DNA from: Minisyncoccota bacterium
Lineage (GTDB): Bacteria > Patescibacteriota > Minisyncoccia > UBA6257
Assembly (NCBI GenBank): GCA_028695015.1
Contig: JAQVJR010000001.1
Location: 100,422-164,421 of the forward strand
Direction of reading: 5' to 3'
DNA: 64,000 nt
Shown: positions 9,682 to 19,225 of the stretch, piece after piece
Layout: each line of letters opens with the position of its first letter
How positions within the stretch are numbered: position 1 is the stretch's first letter
Program-made: the position numbers and the translations under genes
The notes under the pieces: model-generated
The model's database searches: none
Told to the model about the DNA's origin: nothing
What the model saw: the letters and a program-made list of their open reading frames with translations, nothing else

Positions 9682-10887
9682 TTATTTCTGAGGGAATTCT
9701 CCCAAAACAATTTCTTTAATTAAAGTTTCATCATTACGTAATATTTTCAAAACTACTTTATCTCCAGGCCTGTATTGTCGAATCAAGGTTGCTAATTGAT
9801 TCTCCTCATCTATTTTAATACTATCTAGCTCTAGAATTATATCATTTTCTTCAAGTCCAGCAAACCAGGCAGGAGAATCTTTTTCTATTGCTGGTTCATT
9901 TTTACTTCCTTGTAATATTAAAGCTCCATAATCAACCGCTAGCTCTTTTTCTTCTTGAACTATTGAATTAATTAATATATATCTCACTCCTAGATAAGGA
10001 ATCTTAAATTCTCCTGTTTCTATTACTTGCTCAATAGCATTTTTAATTTTATTTATTGGAATAGCAAAACCAATATTTTCAGCACTTAACACCTTTGCTG
10101 TATTTAAACCAATGACTTCACCTTTTAAGTTTAATAATGGGCCACCAGAATTTCCTTGATTAATAGCCACATCAGTTTGAATAACATTATTTAAACTAAT
10201 TCTTTGACCATAATTATCAGGAACATCTATTGAACGAGAAAGACCAGAAATCACACCTACAGAAACTGTGTTTTGAAATTCTCCTAAAGCATTGCCAATG
10301 GCAATCACTGTTTGCCCTAAGGCAATATTACTAGAATCACCCAAGGGTAAAGGAATTAATCCATCTTTTTTAATTTTTAAAATAGCAAAATCTTCTATTG
10401 AATCCCGAGCCACCACTTCAGCATTATACTTTTTCCCATCATTCATTAAAACTGTATAATTAGCTGTCGTATCTTCTACTACATGTTGATTTGTAATGAT
10501 ATAACCTTGAGAATCAATTACAAAACCACTGCCAGCACTTACTTCTCTCTCTTCTGTTCCTCTTTGACGATATTGAGGAATCTGAAAGTAAAAATCAAAA
10601 GGACCAAATCCTTCAAAAGGATTAATATAATATTCTTCTATTTTGGGTAAATCTTTTGTTGCAATAACACTAACTACAGAATTTTCACTATTCTTAACTA
10701 CTTCTATTATTTTTCTTTCATAATCACTTTCAGTTAAATTCAATATGTTTTTTTCTTGATTTTTTTTCAAAAAAGAATCACCAACATAATGTGTTGAAAA
10801 AACACCACCAAGAAAACCAAAGATAAAAGAACCTAAAATACCAGTAATTAGAAAAATTGTTAATAGTTTTTGTATTTTTTTATCCAT
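9682..10887 (-). CDS. Membrane-anchored HtrA/DegP-like serine protease with one PDZ domain
   Basis: TM segment, GSGFVI, TNQHVV, GNSGGPL and a C-terminal PDZ domain. Confidence 0.93.
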   Translation of the reverse strand: MDKKIQKLLTIFLITGILGSFIFGFLGGVFSTHYVGDSFLKKNQEKNILNLTESDYERKIIEVVKNSENSVVSVIATKDLPKIEEYYINPFEGFGPFDFYFQIPQYRQRGTEEREVSAGSGFVIDSQGYIITNQHVVEDTTANYTVLMNDGKKYNAEVVARDSIEDFAILKIKKDGLIPLPLGDSSNIALGQTVIAIGNALGEFQNTVSVGVISGLSRSIDVPDNYGQRISLNNVIQTDVAINQGNSGGPLLNLKGEVIGLNTAKVLSAENIGFAIPINKIKNAIEQVIETGEFKIPYLGVRYILINSIVQEEKELAVDYGALILQGSKNEPAIEKDSPAWFAGLEENDIILELDSIKIDEENQLATLIRQYRPGDKVVLKILRNDETLIKEIVLGEFPQK

Positions 10888-10952
10888 TTTGCTATTTAAA
10901 TTATAACATATGGCTAATATATTTAGCTTGTATATCTATTATATAATAAAAT

Positions 10953-13900
10953 CTATTTTTTTCTAAATCCAGTTCCTGCAGGAATTAATCTTCCAATGAT
11001 TACATTTTCTTTTAATCCTTTCAAATAATCTTTTTTACCTTCTATAGCTGCTCGAATTAAAATGCGAGAGGTTTCTTGAAAAGAAGCTGCTGATAAGAAA
11101 CTTTCTGAATTAAGAGCAACGTTTTTAATACCCATTAAGATTTCTTCTGATTTTGGTTGTTTTTTACCAGCGGTTTTTAATTCCTTAGCTGTTTCTTCAA
11201 ACACTCTTTTAGGAACTACTTCTCCAGGGATAAACTCACTCGCTCCTTTATCTGTTATTTTTACTAAAGAAAACATCTGTTTTATCATTATCTCAAAATG
11301 TTTCTCACTAATATCTTCTCCAGCAATATTATAAACCTTCTTTACTTCTTTTAAGATATATTGTTGGCAAGCCTCTCTGCCCAAAACCTTTAAAAGTTTC
11401 TTTAAATCAATATTACCTTCACTAAGCTGATCACCTTTTTTAACAACTTCTCCTTTCTTTACCCATAGAGTAACTTTTTCAGGAATTGCATATTCAACTA
11501 AAGAAGATTTTCCCTCTTTAGTTTTAATCACAACATGCTTTTCATGACCTACTTTTTTAATATCCACTACCGTGCCTTCAACTTCACTAATAACAGCCTC
11601 TCCTTTTGGAATCCTAGCTTCAAAAATTTCTTCTACTCTTGGCAAGCCTTGAGTAATATCTATTGCCTGAGCTACTCCACCAGTATGAAAAGTCCTTAAA
11701 GTTAATTGAGTACCAGGCTCACCAATTGATTGTGCAGCCACAATACCCACTGCTTCGCCTAAATCTATTGGTTTTCTCCAAGCTAAGTCAATACCATAGC
11801 ATTTTTGACAAACCCCATCTAAGCATCCACAACTTAATGGAGACCGAACAACAACTTCTTCGGTTGATGATTTTAATACTTTCTCCATATTTAATTCATC
11901 AAGTAATTCTCCAGTTTTAAGAACTATCGTGCCTTTTTTATCAACAACATTCTGAGCTAAATATCTTCCAAAAATTCTTTTTTCAAAGCTAATATCTTCA
12001 AGCTCACATTCTTTTCTATTAACTAAAAGGCCTTTTTTACAACGACAATTCTCTTCTTTAATAATTACATCTTGAGCTACATCAACTAATCTTCGAGTTA
12101 AATAACCAGCAAAAGAAGTCTTTAAAGCTGTATCAGCTAATCCTTTTCGACCGCCATGAGAAGCAGCAAAATATTCTAAAACATTAAATCCTTCCTGATG
12201 AGAAGACAAGATAGGCATTTCTATAGAACGCCCTAAAGGATCAACAACTAATCCCTTCATGCCCATAATCTGAGCAGCAATACCCCAATTACCTTTAGCC
12301 CCAGAGTTAAAGAAGATATAGATTGAATCATCTTTATTTAAAGATTTTTGAACTAAGGCAGAAACTTGATTAGATGCTTGCCACCATTGAGTTTTTATTA
12401 AATCTTTTCTTTCTTGTGAAGTTAAAAATCCTTCCCGATATTGATTAATTATCTCTTCTACTTTTTTTGAAGTTTCTGCTAAAATAGCTGGTTTTTCTTT
12501 TGGTATTCTTAAATCACTCAGTCCCCAAGAAATACCAGACAAAGTAGCATAATGAAAACCTAAATCTTTTATAGCATCCAATACTTCAGCACTCTTTTTA
12601 AAATCTTTATAATGGCCAAGTATTTCTTTAGCCACTTGTTTCATTTCTTTTACTGCTAATTGCTTGTTATAAAAAGGAAATTCTTCTGGTAAAGCTTCAT
12701 TAAAAATAATTCTACCAACAGTAGTAACTATTAATTTATTATCTTCTTTAGAAATCTTTGCTCTAATTGCTTCATGAAGATCTATCTTTTTATACTCATA
12801 AGCAAACAGGGCTTCTTTTTCACTAGAGAATGTTTTTAATTCTTTTTCTTCTTTAATCTCTTCAGCAAAATCCATTGTCAACCAATAAATACCTAAGATC
12901 ATTTCATGTCGCGGTAACATGGCTGGCTCCCCATTAGCTGGTTTTATTAATCCCAAATTTGCCATCATTCTTGTTTCACTCTCTCTTTGAGCTTCTTCTG
13001 ATAAAGGAACATGAACTGCCATTTGGTCCCCATCAAAATCTGCATTAAAAGGCGGAGTAACCAAGGCTGGGATTTGAATAGCCAAGCCTTCTATTAATTT
13101 AGGTTTAAAAGCTTGAATACTTAAACGATGAAGTGTTGGGGCTCTATTTAATAAAACATATCTTCCCTCAACTATTTTTTCTAATATTTCCCAAACCACA
13201 TCTGGTTCTTCTTCTATTAAACGATTAGCTGCTCGAGGATTAAAAACTATCTCCCGTTTAATTAATTCACTAGCCACAAAAGGTTTAAATAATTCCAAAG
13301 CCATTTTTTTAGGTAAACCACATTCATGAATTTTTAATTCTGGACCAATAACAATAACTGAACGACCTGAATAATCTACTCTCTTACCTAAAAGATTTTG
13401 ACGAAAACGGCCTTGTTTGCCTTGTAAAGCATCAGCCAAAGACCGAAGAGGCCTGTGTTGAGCAGAATGCATAGAAGTTGTTCCTGATGTCTTTCTAATT
13501 GAATTATCAATTAAAGCATCAACAGCTTCTTGAAGCATTCTTTTTTCATTTTTAATTATTACCTCTGGCGCCTTTAATTCTAATAGCTTTTTTAAACGAT
13601 TATTACGGTTAATGACTCGACGATACAAATCATTTAAATCAGAAGTGGCAAACTTGCCTCCTTCTAATTGAACCATTGGTCTTAAATCTGGTGGTAATAC
13701 AGGAAGAATTGTTAAAAACATCCATTCAGGTCGTGTTCCTGAATCAAGGAAACCTTTAACTAATTTCAAACGAGCTAAAACTTTTTTATCAGTAGTTTTT
13801 GACTTTTTCTTCTCTATCTCTGCTGTTAATTCTTTTTCTAGTTTTTTAAGATCTATTTGCTCTAATAATTTTCTTAAAGGCTCACTCCCTGTTTCAGCTG

Positions 13901-14561
13901 TAAAAACTTCTCCGTATTTTTTTGATAAATTTATATATTCAACTTCAGAAAAGATTGTTTTTAATTTTATAGAATCAATTTCTTTTTTTGCTTCTGTTAA
14001 AGATTCAGTTAATTCTTTTTTTTGTTTTGCTGGCCAATTTTTTAATTTTGATTGATATTCTACTTCCATTTCAGCTAAAACTCTCTTTTTAGCCTCTTCA
14101 TCAATAGAAGTGACAATATAACTATTATAATAAACCACTCTTTCCAAAGCATTCATTGGAACATTTAAAATCAATCCAATTCTTGAAGGCACGCTTCTTA
14201 AAAACCAAATATGCACCACTGGTGTTGCTAATTCAATATGTCCCATTTTTTCCCTTCTAATAAAAGAACGGGTTATCTCCACTCCGCAACGATCACAAAC
14301 AATGCCCCTATAATGGGCCCCTCGATATTTACCACAAGCGCATTCATAATCTTTAACTGGTCCAAAAATCTGTTCTGAGAACAATCCTTCTTTTTCTGGT
14401 TTTTGAGTGCGATAGTTTATGGTTTCTGCTTTAGTCACCTCACCATAAGTTTTTGCCATTTCATTATAAGACCAAGACAAAATTTCCTCTGGAGAGGCAA
14501 TTTTTAAGCTTAAAGCTTCAAAATCTCTTATTTGTGTTTCTTTGTCTTTTTGCATATTCAT
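10953..14561 (-). CDS. rpoC: RNA polymerase beta' subunit
   Basis: NADFDGD active site, [12 protein letters not shown], zinc-finger cysteines. Confidence 0.99.
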   Translation of the reverse strand: MNMQKDKETQIRDFEALSLKIASPEEILSWSYNEMAKTYGEVTKAETINYRTQKPEKEGLFSEQIFGPVKDYECACGKYRGAHYRGIVCDRCGVEITRSFIRREKMGHIELATPVVHIWFLRSVPSRIGLILNVPMNALERVVYYNSYIVTSIDEEAKKRVLAEMEVEYQSKLKNWPAKQKKELTESLTEAKKEIDSIKLKTIFSEVEYINLSKKYGEVFTAETGSEPLRKLLEQIDLKKLEKELTAEIEKKKSKTTDKKVLARLKLVKGFLDSGTRPEWMFLTILPVLPPDLRPMVQLEGGKFATSDLNDLYRRVINRNNRLKKLLELKAPEVIIKNEKRMLQEAVDALIDNSIRKTSGTTSMHSAQHRPLRSLADALQGKQGRFRQNLLGKRVDYSGRSVIVIGPELKIHECGLPKKMALELFKPFVASELIKREIVFNPRAANRLIEEEPDVVWEILEKIVEGRYVLLNRAPTLHRLSIQAFKPKLIEGLAIQIPALVTPPFNADFDGDQMAVHVPLSEEAQRESETRMMANLGLIKPANGEPAMLPRHEMILGIYWLTMDFAEEIKEEKELKTFSSEKEALFAYEYKKIDLHEAIRAKISKEDNKLIVTTVGRIIFNEALPEEFPFYNKQLAVKEMKQVAKEILGHYKDFKKSAEVLDAIKDLGFHYATLSGISWGLSDLRIPKEKPAILAETSKKVEEIINQYREGFLTSQERKDLIKTQWWQASNQVSALVQKSLNKDDSIYIFFNSGAKGNWGIAAQIMGMKGLVVDPLGRSIEMPILSSHQEGFNVLEYFAASHGGRKGLADTALKTSFAGYLTRRLVDVAQDVIIKEENCRCKKGLLVNRKECELEDISFEKRIFGRYLAQNVVDKKGTIVLKTGELLDELNMEKVLKSSTEEVVVRSPLSCGCLDGVCQKCYGIDLAWRKPIDLGEAVGIVAAQSIGEPGTQLTLRTFHTGGVAQAIDITQGLPRVEEIFEARIPKGEAVISEVEGTVVDIKKVGHEKHVVIKTKEGKSSLVEYAIPEKVTLWVKKGEVVKKGDQLSEGNIDLKKLLKVLGREACQQYILKEVKKVYNIAGEDISEKHFEIMIKQMFSLVKITDKGASEFIPGEVVPKRVFEETAKELKTAGKKQPKSEEILMGIKNVALNSESFLSAASFQETSRILIRAAIEGKKDYLKGLKENVIIGRLIPAGTGFRKK

Positions 14562-14576
14562 CTAAGTTTATATAAA

Positions 14577-17500
14577 TTATTCCTCTACTGTTTTTTCTTC
14601 TTCAGTTTTAACTCCAATCAAATTAGCTGCCAGGCCTAAGGCTTGTAATTCTTTTAAAATCACATCAAAAGCAGCTGGAATATTTGGACTTTTAATTTTC
14701 TCACCTTTGATAATAGCTTCATAAGTCGCTCCTCTGCCTAAAACATCATCAGATTTAATAGTTAACATTTCTTGTAAAGTATAAGCTGAGCCATAACCTT
14801 CTAAAGCCCAAACTTCCATTTCTCCAAATCTCTGACCACCATGATGAGCTCTACCACCTAAAGGCTGTTGAGTAATCAAGGAATAAGAACCAATAGCTCG
14901 CATATGGACCTTATCCTGCACCATATGCTCTAATTTCATAATATACATCATGCCCACAGCTACTCTTTTATCAAAAGATTCACCTGTTTTTCCATTATAT
15001 AAAACAACCTTTCCATCTTCAGGAATTCCAGCTTTTTTCAATTCACTTTTTATATCCTCTTCTGTTGCTCCGTCTAAAGCTGGGCTAATTGCTTGATAAC
15101 CTAATTTATGAGCAGCCAAGCCTAAATGATTTTCAAAAACCTGTCCAATATTCATACGACTACCAATACCTAGTGGATTTAAAATGACATCAATTGGTGT
15201 GCCATCTTCTAAATAAGGCATATCTTCTTCTGGCACAATAACCGAAATCACTCCTTTATTTCCATGACGTCCAGCTAATTTATCACCAGCCATAATATTT
15301 CTTAATTCAGCAATCTCAACACTGATTTTTTTAATCACTCCCACTTTTAACTTATCTCCTTCTTTACGAGATAATATTTTAGTCCTAACCACTCGTCCTT
15401 GACGTGAAGGATCTAGAACCAAAGAAGTATCTTTAATGTCTTTCATTTGCTCTCCAAAAATAGCTTGCAATAATCTTTCTTCAGAAGTTAATTCTGCCTT
15501 ACCTTTTGGAGAAATTTTACCTACTAAAATATCCCCTCCTTTTACTTCAGCCCCAATTCTAATAATCCCTTCCTCGTCTAAGTTTTTTAATTTTTCTTCA
15601 GAAACATTTGGAATATCCCGAGTAGTCATCTCAGGACCTAATTTAGTTTCCACTACATCACAAGTAAATTCTTCTAAATACACAGAAGAGAAATTATCAT
15701 TCCTTAAAACTCTTTCTGAAATAACAATTGCATCTTCATAATTAGCACCAAAGAAAGGCATAAAGGCAACTAATAAATTCTGACCCAAAGCTAACATCCC
15801 TTGTTTAGTAGCTGCTCCATCAGCTAAAATATCTCCTTTTTTTACCTTATCTCCTTTTTTAACTATTGGTTTATGCATCAACCAGCTGTTTTTATTACTT
15901 CGGCCAAAATTAGTAAGTTCATAAACCCGTTTATCTTCTTTTTTACCACTAGCAAGTTTAATTGTAATATGGCTAGCATCAACTTCTTCAACAACCCCAT
16001 CTTCTTCATTAATCAAACACTGACCTGATTCAAAAGCAACTTTGCTTTCAATACCTGTGGCTACTAAAGGCGCTTGGGCCCTAACACAAGGCACTGCTTG
16101 TCTTTGCATATTAGCCCCCATTAAGGCTCTATTTGATTCATCATGCTCTAGAAAAGGAATTAAGCTTACAGCAACTGAGATGATTTGCTGACAAGAAACA
16201 TCCATTAAATCAACTTCTTTGTTTTTAATTAAAGTTGGCTCACCTCTCACTCTAGCGCCAATCCATTCTTCTTCAATTTTCCCTTTATCATTAACCTTAA
16301 TTGCTCCATGGGCAATCTTGTGTTTTAATTCTTCAAAAGCATTTAGCCAAATGATTTCTCCAGTTAATTGTCCATTTTCTACTTTAATATATGGTGTTTC
16401 TATAAAACCAAATTCATTTAAACGAGCATAAAGAGATAAAGAAAGAACCAATCCAATATTCTGCCCTTCTGGAGTTTGAATAGGACATAAACGTCCATAA
16501 TGGCTAGTTTGAATATCTCTAACTTCTAATCCAGCTCTTTCTCTAACTAAACCTCCAGGCCCCATGCTGGTCACCCTTCTTTTATGCTCAAGCTCTGAAA
16601 GCATGTTCATCTGTTCCATGAATTGACAAAGCTGGGAAACATTAAAGAATTCCCGAATCACATTTACCAATTGATGAGGGTTAATTAATTGAGCTGGCAT
16701 TAAAACCTCTGGGTCTAAAACTGCCATTCTGTCTTGGATTGTACGACGCATTCTCATTAAGCCCACCCTAACTCTTTCAGATAAGATTTCCCCTACTGCC
16801 TTTACTCTTCGATTACCCAAATGATCAATATCATCTTCTAAGGCTTCTTCATCATTATTCAATCTGATGATTTCCTTAATAATTGAAATTAAATCTTCTT
16901 GGGTTAAACTTCTTTGTTCAAAAGAAACTTCAAGGCCAAGACGTTGGTTCATTTTATAACGACCAACTCTTGCCAAATCATATCTATCTGATCGGAAAAA
17001 CATATTGTTTATTAAATCATAAGCATTATCAAAAGTTGCCAGTTCTCCTGGCCTTTGATAGCGATAAATTTCAATATAGCCTTCTTCTTTATTAGAGGCC
17101 AAATCTTTTTTTAAAGTATTTTCTATATGTTTGATTTCTGATTCTTCTTCTTCTTTTTCAAAAACTTTTTTTATCTCTTTATTACTTTCTAAACCAAAAA
17201 TCCTTAAGAGTGTTGTTACTGGAATTTTCCTTTTTCTATCTATCTTTACACTTATTACTCCATCTTTATCTGTTTCAAATTCTAACCAAGCTCCATGATT
17301 AGGAATTATCTTTGCATTAAAAACTCTTTTACCCCTTACATTAACTGCAGAAAAATACACTCCAGGAGACCGATTGATTTGAGAAATAACTACCTTTTCC
17401 ACTCCGTTGATAATAAAAGTCCCTCGAGGAGTCATTACTGGAATTTCTCCAAAATAAACTTCTTGTTCTTTACTAATGCCTGAATTTTTCTCAGTCAATT

Positions 17501-17759
17501 CTAATTTTACCCTAAGAGTAGAATCATAATTTAATCCTTTTTCCTTTGCTTGTTTTTCTGATATCTTAGGATTTTCAAAATAATAACTTAAAAAACCCAA
17601 TTCCAAATCCTTTCCCGAATAATCCTTTATCGGAAATAGCTCTTTAAAAACTTCACTAATACCTTCTTTTAAAAACCAATTAAAAGAATCTGTTTGGAAT
17701 TGAGTTAATCGCGGTGGCTCTAAAACCCTCCGGGAACAACGGGAAAAATTTGTTATCAT
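14577..17759 (-). CDS. rpoB: RNA polymerase beta subunit
   Basis: GDKLAGRHGNKG, GGQRFGEME, ALMGANMQRQ. Confidence 0.99.
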   Translation of the reverse strand: MITNFSRCSRRVLEPPRLTQFQTDSFNWFLKEGISEVFKELFPIKDYSGKDLELGFLSYYFENPKISEKQAKEKGLNYDSTLRVKLELTEKNSGISKEQEVYFGEIPVMTPRGTFIINGVEKVVISQINRSPGVYFSAVNVRGKRVFNAKIIPNHGAWLEFETDKDGVISVKIDRKRKIPVTTLLRIFGLESNKEIKKVFEKEEEESEIKHIENTLKKDLASNKEEGYIEIYRYQRPGELATFDNAYDLINNMFFRSDRYDLARVGRYKMNQRLGLEVSFEQRSLTQEDLISIIKEIIRLNNDEEALEDDIDHLGNRRVKAVGEILSERVRVGLMRMRRTIQDRMAVLDPEVLMPAQLINPHQLVNVIREFFNVSQLCQFMEQMNMLSELEHKRRVTSMGPGGLVRERAGLEVRDIQTSHYGRLCPIQTPEGQNIGLVLSLSLYARLNEFGFIETPYIKVENGQLTGEIIWLNAFEELKHKIAHGAIKVNDKGKIEEEWIGARVRGEPTLIKNKEVDLMDVSCQQIISVAVSLIPFLEHDESNRALMGANMQRQAVPCVRAQAPLVATGIESKVAFESGQCLINEEDGVVEEVDASHITIKLASGKKEDKRVYELTNFGRSNKNSWLMHKPIVKKGDKVKKGDILADGAATKQGMLALGQNLLVAFMPFFGANYEDAIVISERVLRNDNFSSVYLEEFTCDVVETKLGPEMTTRDIPNVSEEKLKNLDEEGIIRIGAEVKGGDILVGKISPKGKAELTSEERLLQAIFGEQMKDIKDTSLVLDPSRQGRVVRTKILSRKEGDKLKVGVIKKISVEIAELRNIMAGDKLAGRHGNKGVISVIVPEEDMPYLEDGTPIDVILNPLGIGSRMNIGQVFENHLGLAAHKLGYQAISPALDGATEEDIKSELKKAGIPEDGKVVLYNGKTGESFDKRVAVGMMYIMKLEHMVQDKVHMRAIGSYSLITQQPLGGRAHHGGQRFGEMEVWALEGYGSAYTLQEMLTIKSDDVLGRGATYEAIIKGEKIKSPNIPAAFDVILKELQALGLAANLIGVKTEEEKTVEE

Positions 17760-17812
17760 TGATAATTAAATATTAAATAAGCTTATAAAAAATAAGAAGA
17801 CCTTTTTAATTT

Positions 17813-18028
17813 TCAGGCCGTAAATTTTAACGCATTAACAATAGATTGGGCAATTCTTTTAGAAATAATGCTTTTTTCTTTAGAGAAATTTAATTGCCAA
17901 TTACTGACACTTTCCTTTCCTATTCTATGCTTTTTAAATAATTTGTCAAGAGCAATAAGCAAATCTTCACCTTTTTCCACTTTAACCTCAAATTGATTGC
18001 CATTTGCTCTAAAAGATAAAAGAATCAT
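17813..18028 (-). CDS. Small protein, possibly a minimal TsaB-like protein
   Basis: 71 aa. EDLLIALDKLFKKH...SIISKRIAQSIVNALKF resembles TsaB helices (LL..ID.LL; SFTGLRIG...ANAL). Start overlaps the trmD stop. Confidence 0.5.
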   Translation of the reverse strand: MILLSFRANGNQFEVKVEKGEDLLIALDKLFKKHRIGKESVSNWQLNFSKEKSIISKRIAQSIVNALKFTA

Positions 18029-18714
18029 CCTTTTGGTATTTTTTTAAAATGCTTAATTTTCCACTCTTGAATTTTCTGATGATTACCAGAAGTTAAAACT
18101 TTTGGCACCTGCCAAGATATTTTTTTATTATTCTTTTTTGGATAAAAAACAGCTGGTCTTGTATATTGAGGATATTCTCCCAATAACTCAAGATTTGGAG
18201 CAAAAGATTCTTCTAATAAAGATTCTTCTTTAATCACTCCAGGAAGCAGGCGCACCACACTATCAACTAAAACCATTGCTGGTAATTCCCCACCAGTTAA
18301 AATATAATCACCAATAGAAATTTCTTCATCAGCAATATATTTAGCTACTCTTTCATCAACTCCTTCATAACGAGGACAAATAAGAATCAATCTATCATTT
18401 TGAGCTAATTCTTTAGCTTTTTTCTGGTTTAATTTTTTCCCTTTAGCAGAAAAAAGAATCACCTGGCACTTTTTTTTCTTTTGTTTCTTTTTTAAATCTT
18501 TGACTGCTTGAAATATTGGCTCAACTTTAAAAATCATGCCCACTCCTCCACCAAAAGGAACATCATCAACACTCTGATGAGAATCATTTGTCCAATCTCG
18601 AAGATTGTAAACATTAATCTTTGCAATCTTCTTTTCTTGAGCTCTTTTAATAATAGAAGTTTCAAAATATGTTTTAAAAACTTCTGGGAAAATAGTTAAA
18701 ATATCAAAATACAT
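18025..18714 (-). CDS. trmD: tRNA (guanine-N1)-methyltransferase TrmD
   Basis: DILTIFPE, VDDVPFGGG, RYEGVDERV, SIGDYILTGGELPA, YPQYTRP. Likely start is the ATG at 18714. Confidence 0.97.
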   Translation of the reverse strand: MYFDILTIFPEVFKTYFETSIIKRAQEKKIAKINVYNLRDWTNDSHQSVDDVPFGGGVGMIFKVEPIFQAVKDLKKKQKKKKCQVILFSAKGKKLNQKKAKELAQNDRLILICPRYEGVDERVAKYIADEEISIGDYILTGGELPAMVLVDSVVRLLPGVIKEESLLEESFAPNLELLGEYPQYTRPAVFYPKKNNKKISWQVPKVLTSGNHQKIQEWKIKHFKKIPKG

Positions 18715-18726
18715 AATTCCATAATA

Positions 18727-18760
18727 AAAACTGCAGTATTTTGTATCATACCGCAGTTTT
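18727..18760 (-). terminator. Intrinsic terminator-like hairpin between khpA and trmD
   Basis: AAAACTGCGGTAT/ATACTGCAGTTTT stem (one G-U pair on the minus strand) ending in a U-run just upstream of the trmD start. Confidence 0.55.
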
Positions 18761-18786
18761 AACAATTTTTCAACCGAAGGGTTAAA

Positions 18787-19107
18787 TTAGATTTTCAAAT
18801 CATTGCCTATATCTTCTGCCATTTTTTCCGCCTCTCGGCTTACTCTTGAAGAACCAGCTGGTTCTTCAATCTTGAGATTTACTCGAGCTTTATTTTTAGC
18901 CCCAGCCACTTTAAGAATTGTTCTTAAAGCCTTAGCCATTGATCCCTGACGGCCAATAATTTGAGCCATATCATCAGGATCAACTGTTAAAGAAAGCAAC
19001 ACGCCCATTTCATCTACTTTTCGATCTACCTTTACTGCTTCTGGCTTGCTAACTATATTTTTAATAATAAACTCAAGTAATTTTTGATCAACAGGTAATT
19101 CTGCCAT
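18787..19107 (-). CDS. khpA: KH-domain RNA-binding protein KhpA (UPF0109)
   Basis: IIGRQG KH loop (GxxG); the typical neighbour of trmD. Confidence 0.9.
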   Translation of the reverse strand: MAELPVDQKLLEFIIKNIVSKPEAVKVDRKVDEMGVLLSLTVDPDDMAQIIGRQGSMAKALRTILKVAGAKNKARVNLKIEEPAGSSRVSREAEKMAEDIGNDLKI

Positions 19108-19195
19108 GTTTCCTGAATTAATAATTTTCTTGATTCTTTACTTGACAATAAAGTAGCCGTCGACCCTTCCTTTCATCAGCTACCTCTCTTTAATA

Positions 19196-19224
19196 ATGAT
19201 AAATTAACAATCTTTAAAAGTCAA
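19196..19224 (-). promoter_or_regulatory. sigma70-like promoter for khpA
   Basis: TTGACT-17 nt-TATCAT. Confidence 0.65.
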
Positions 19225-19225
19225 C

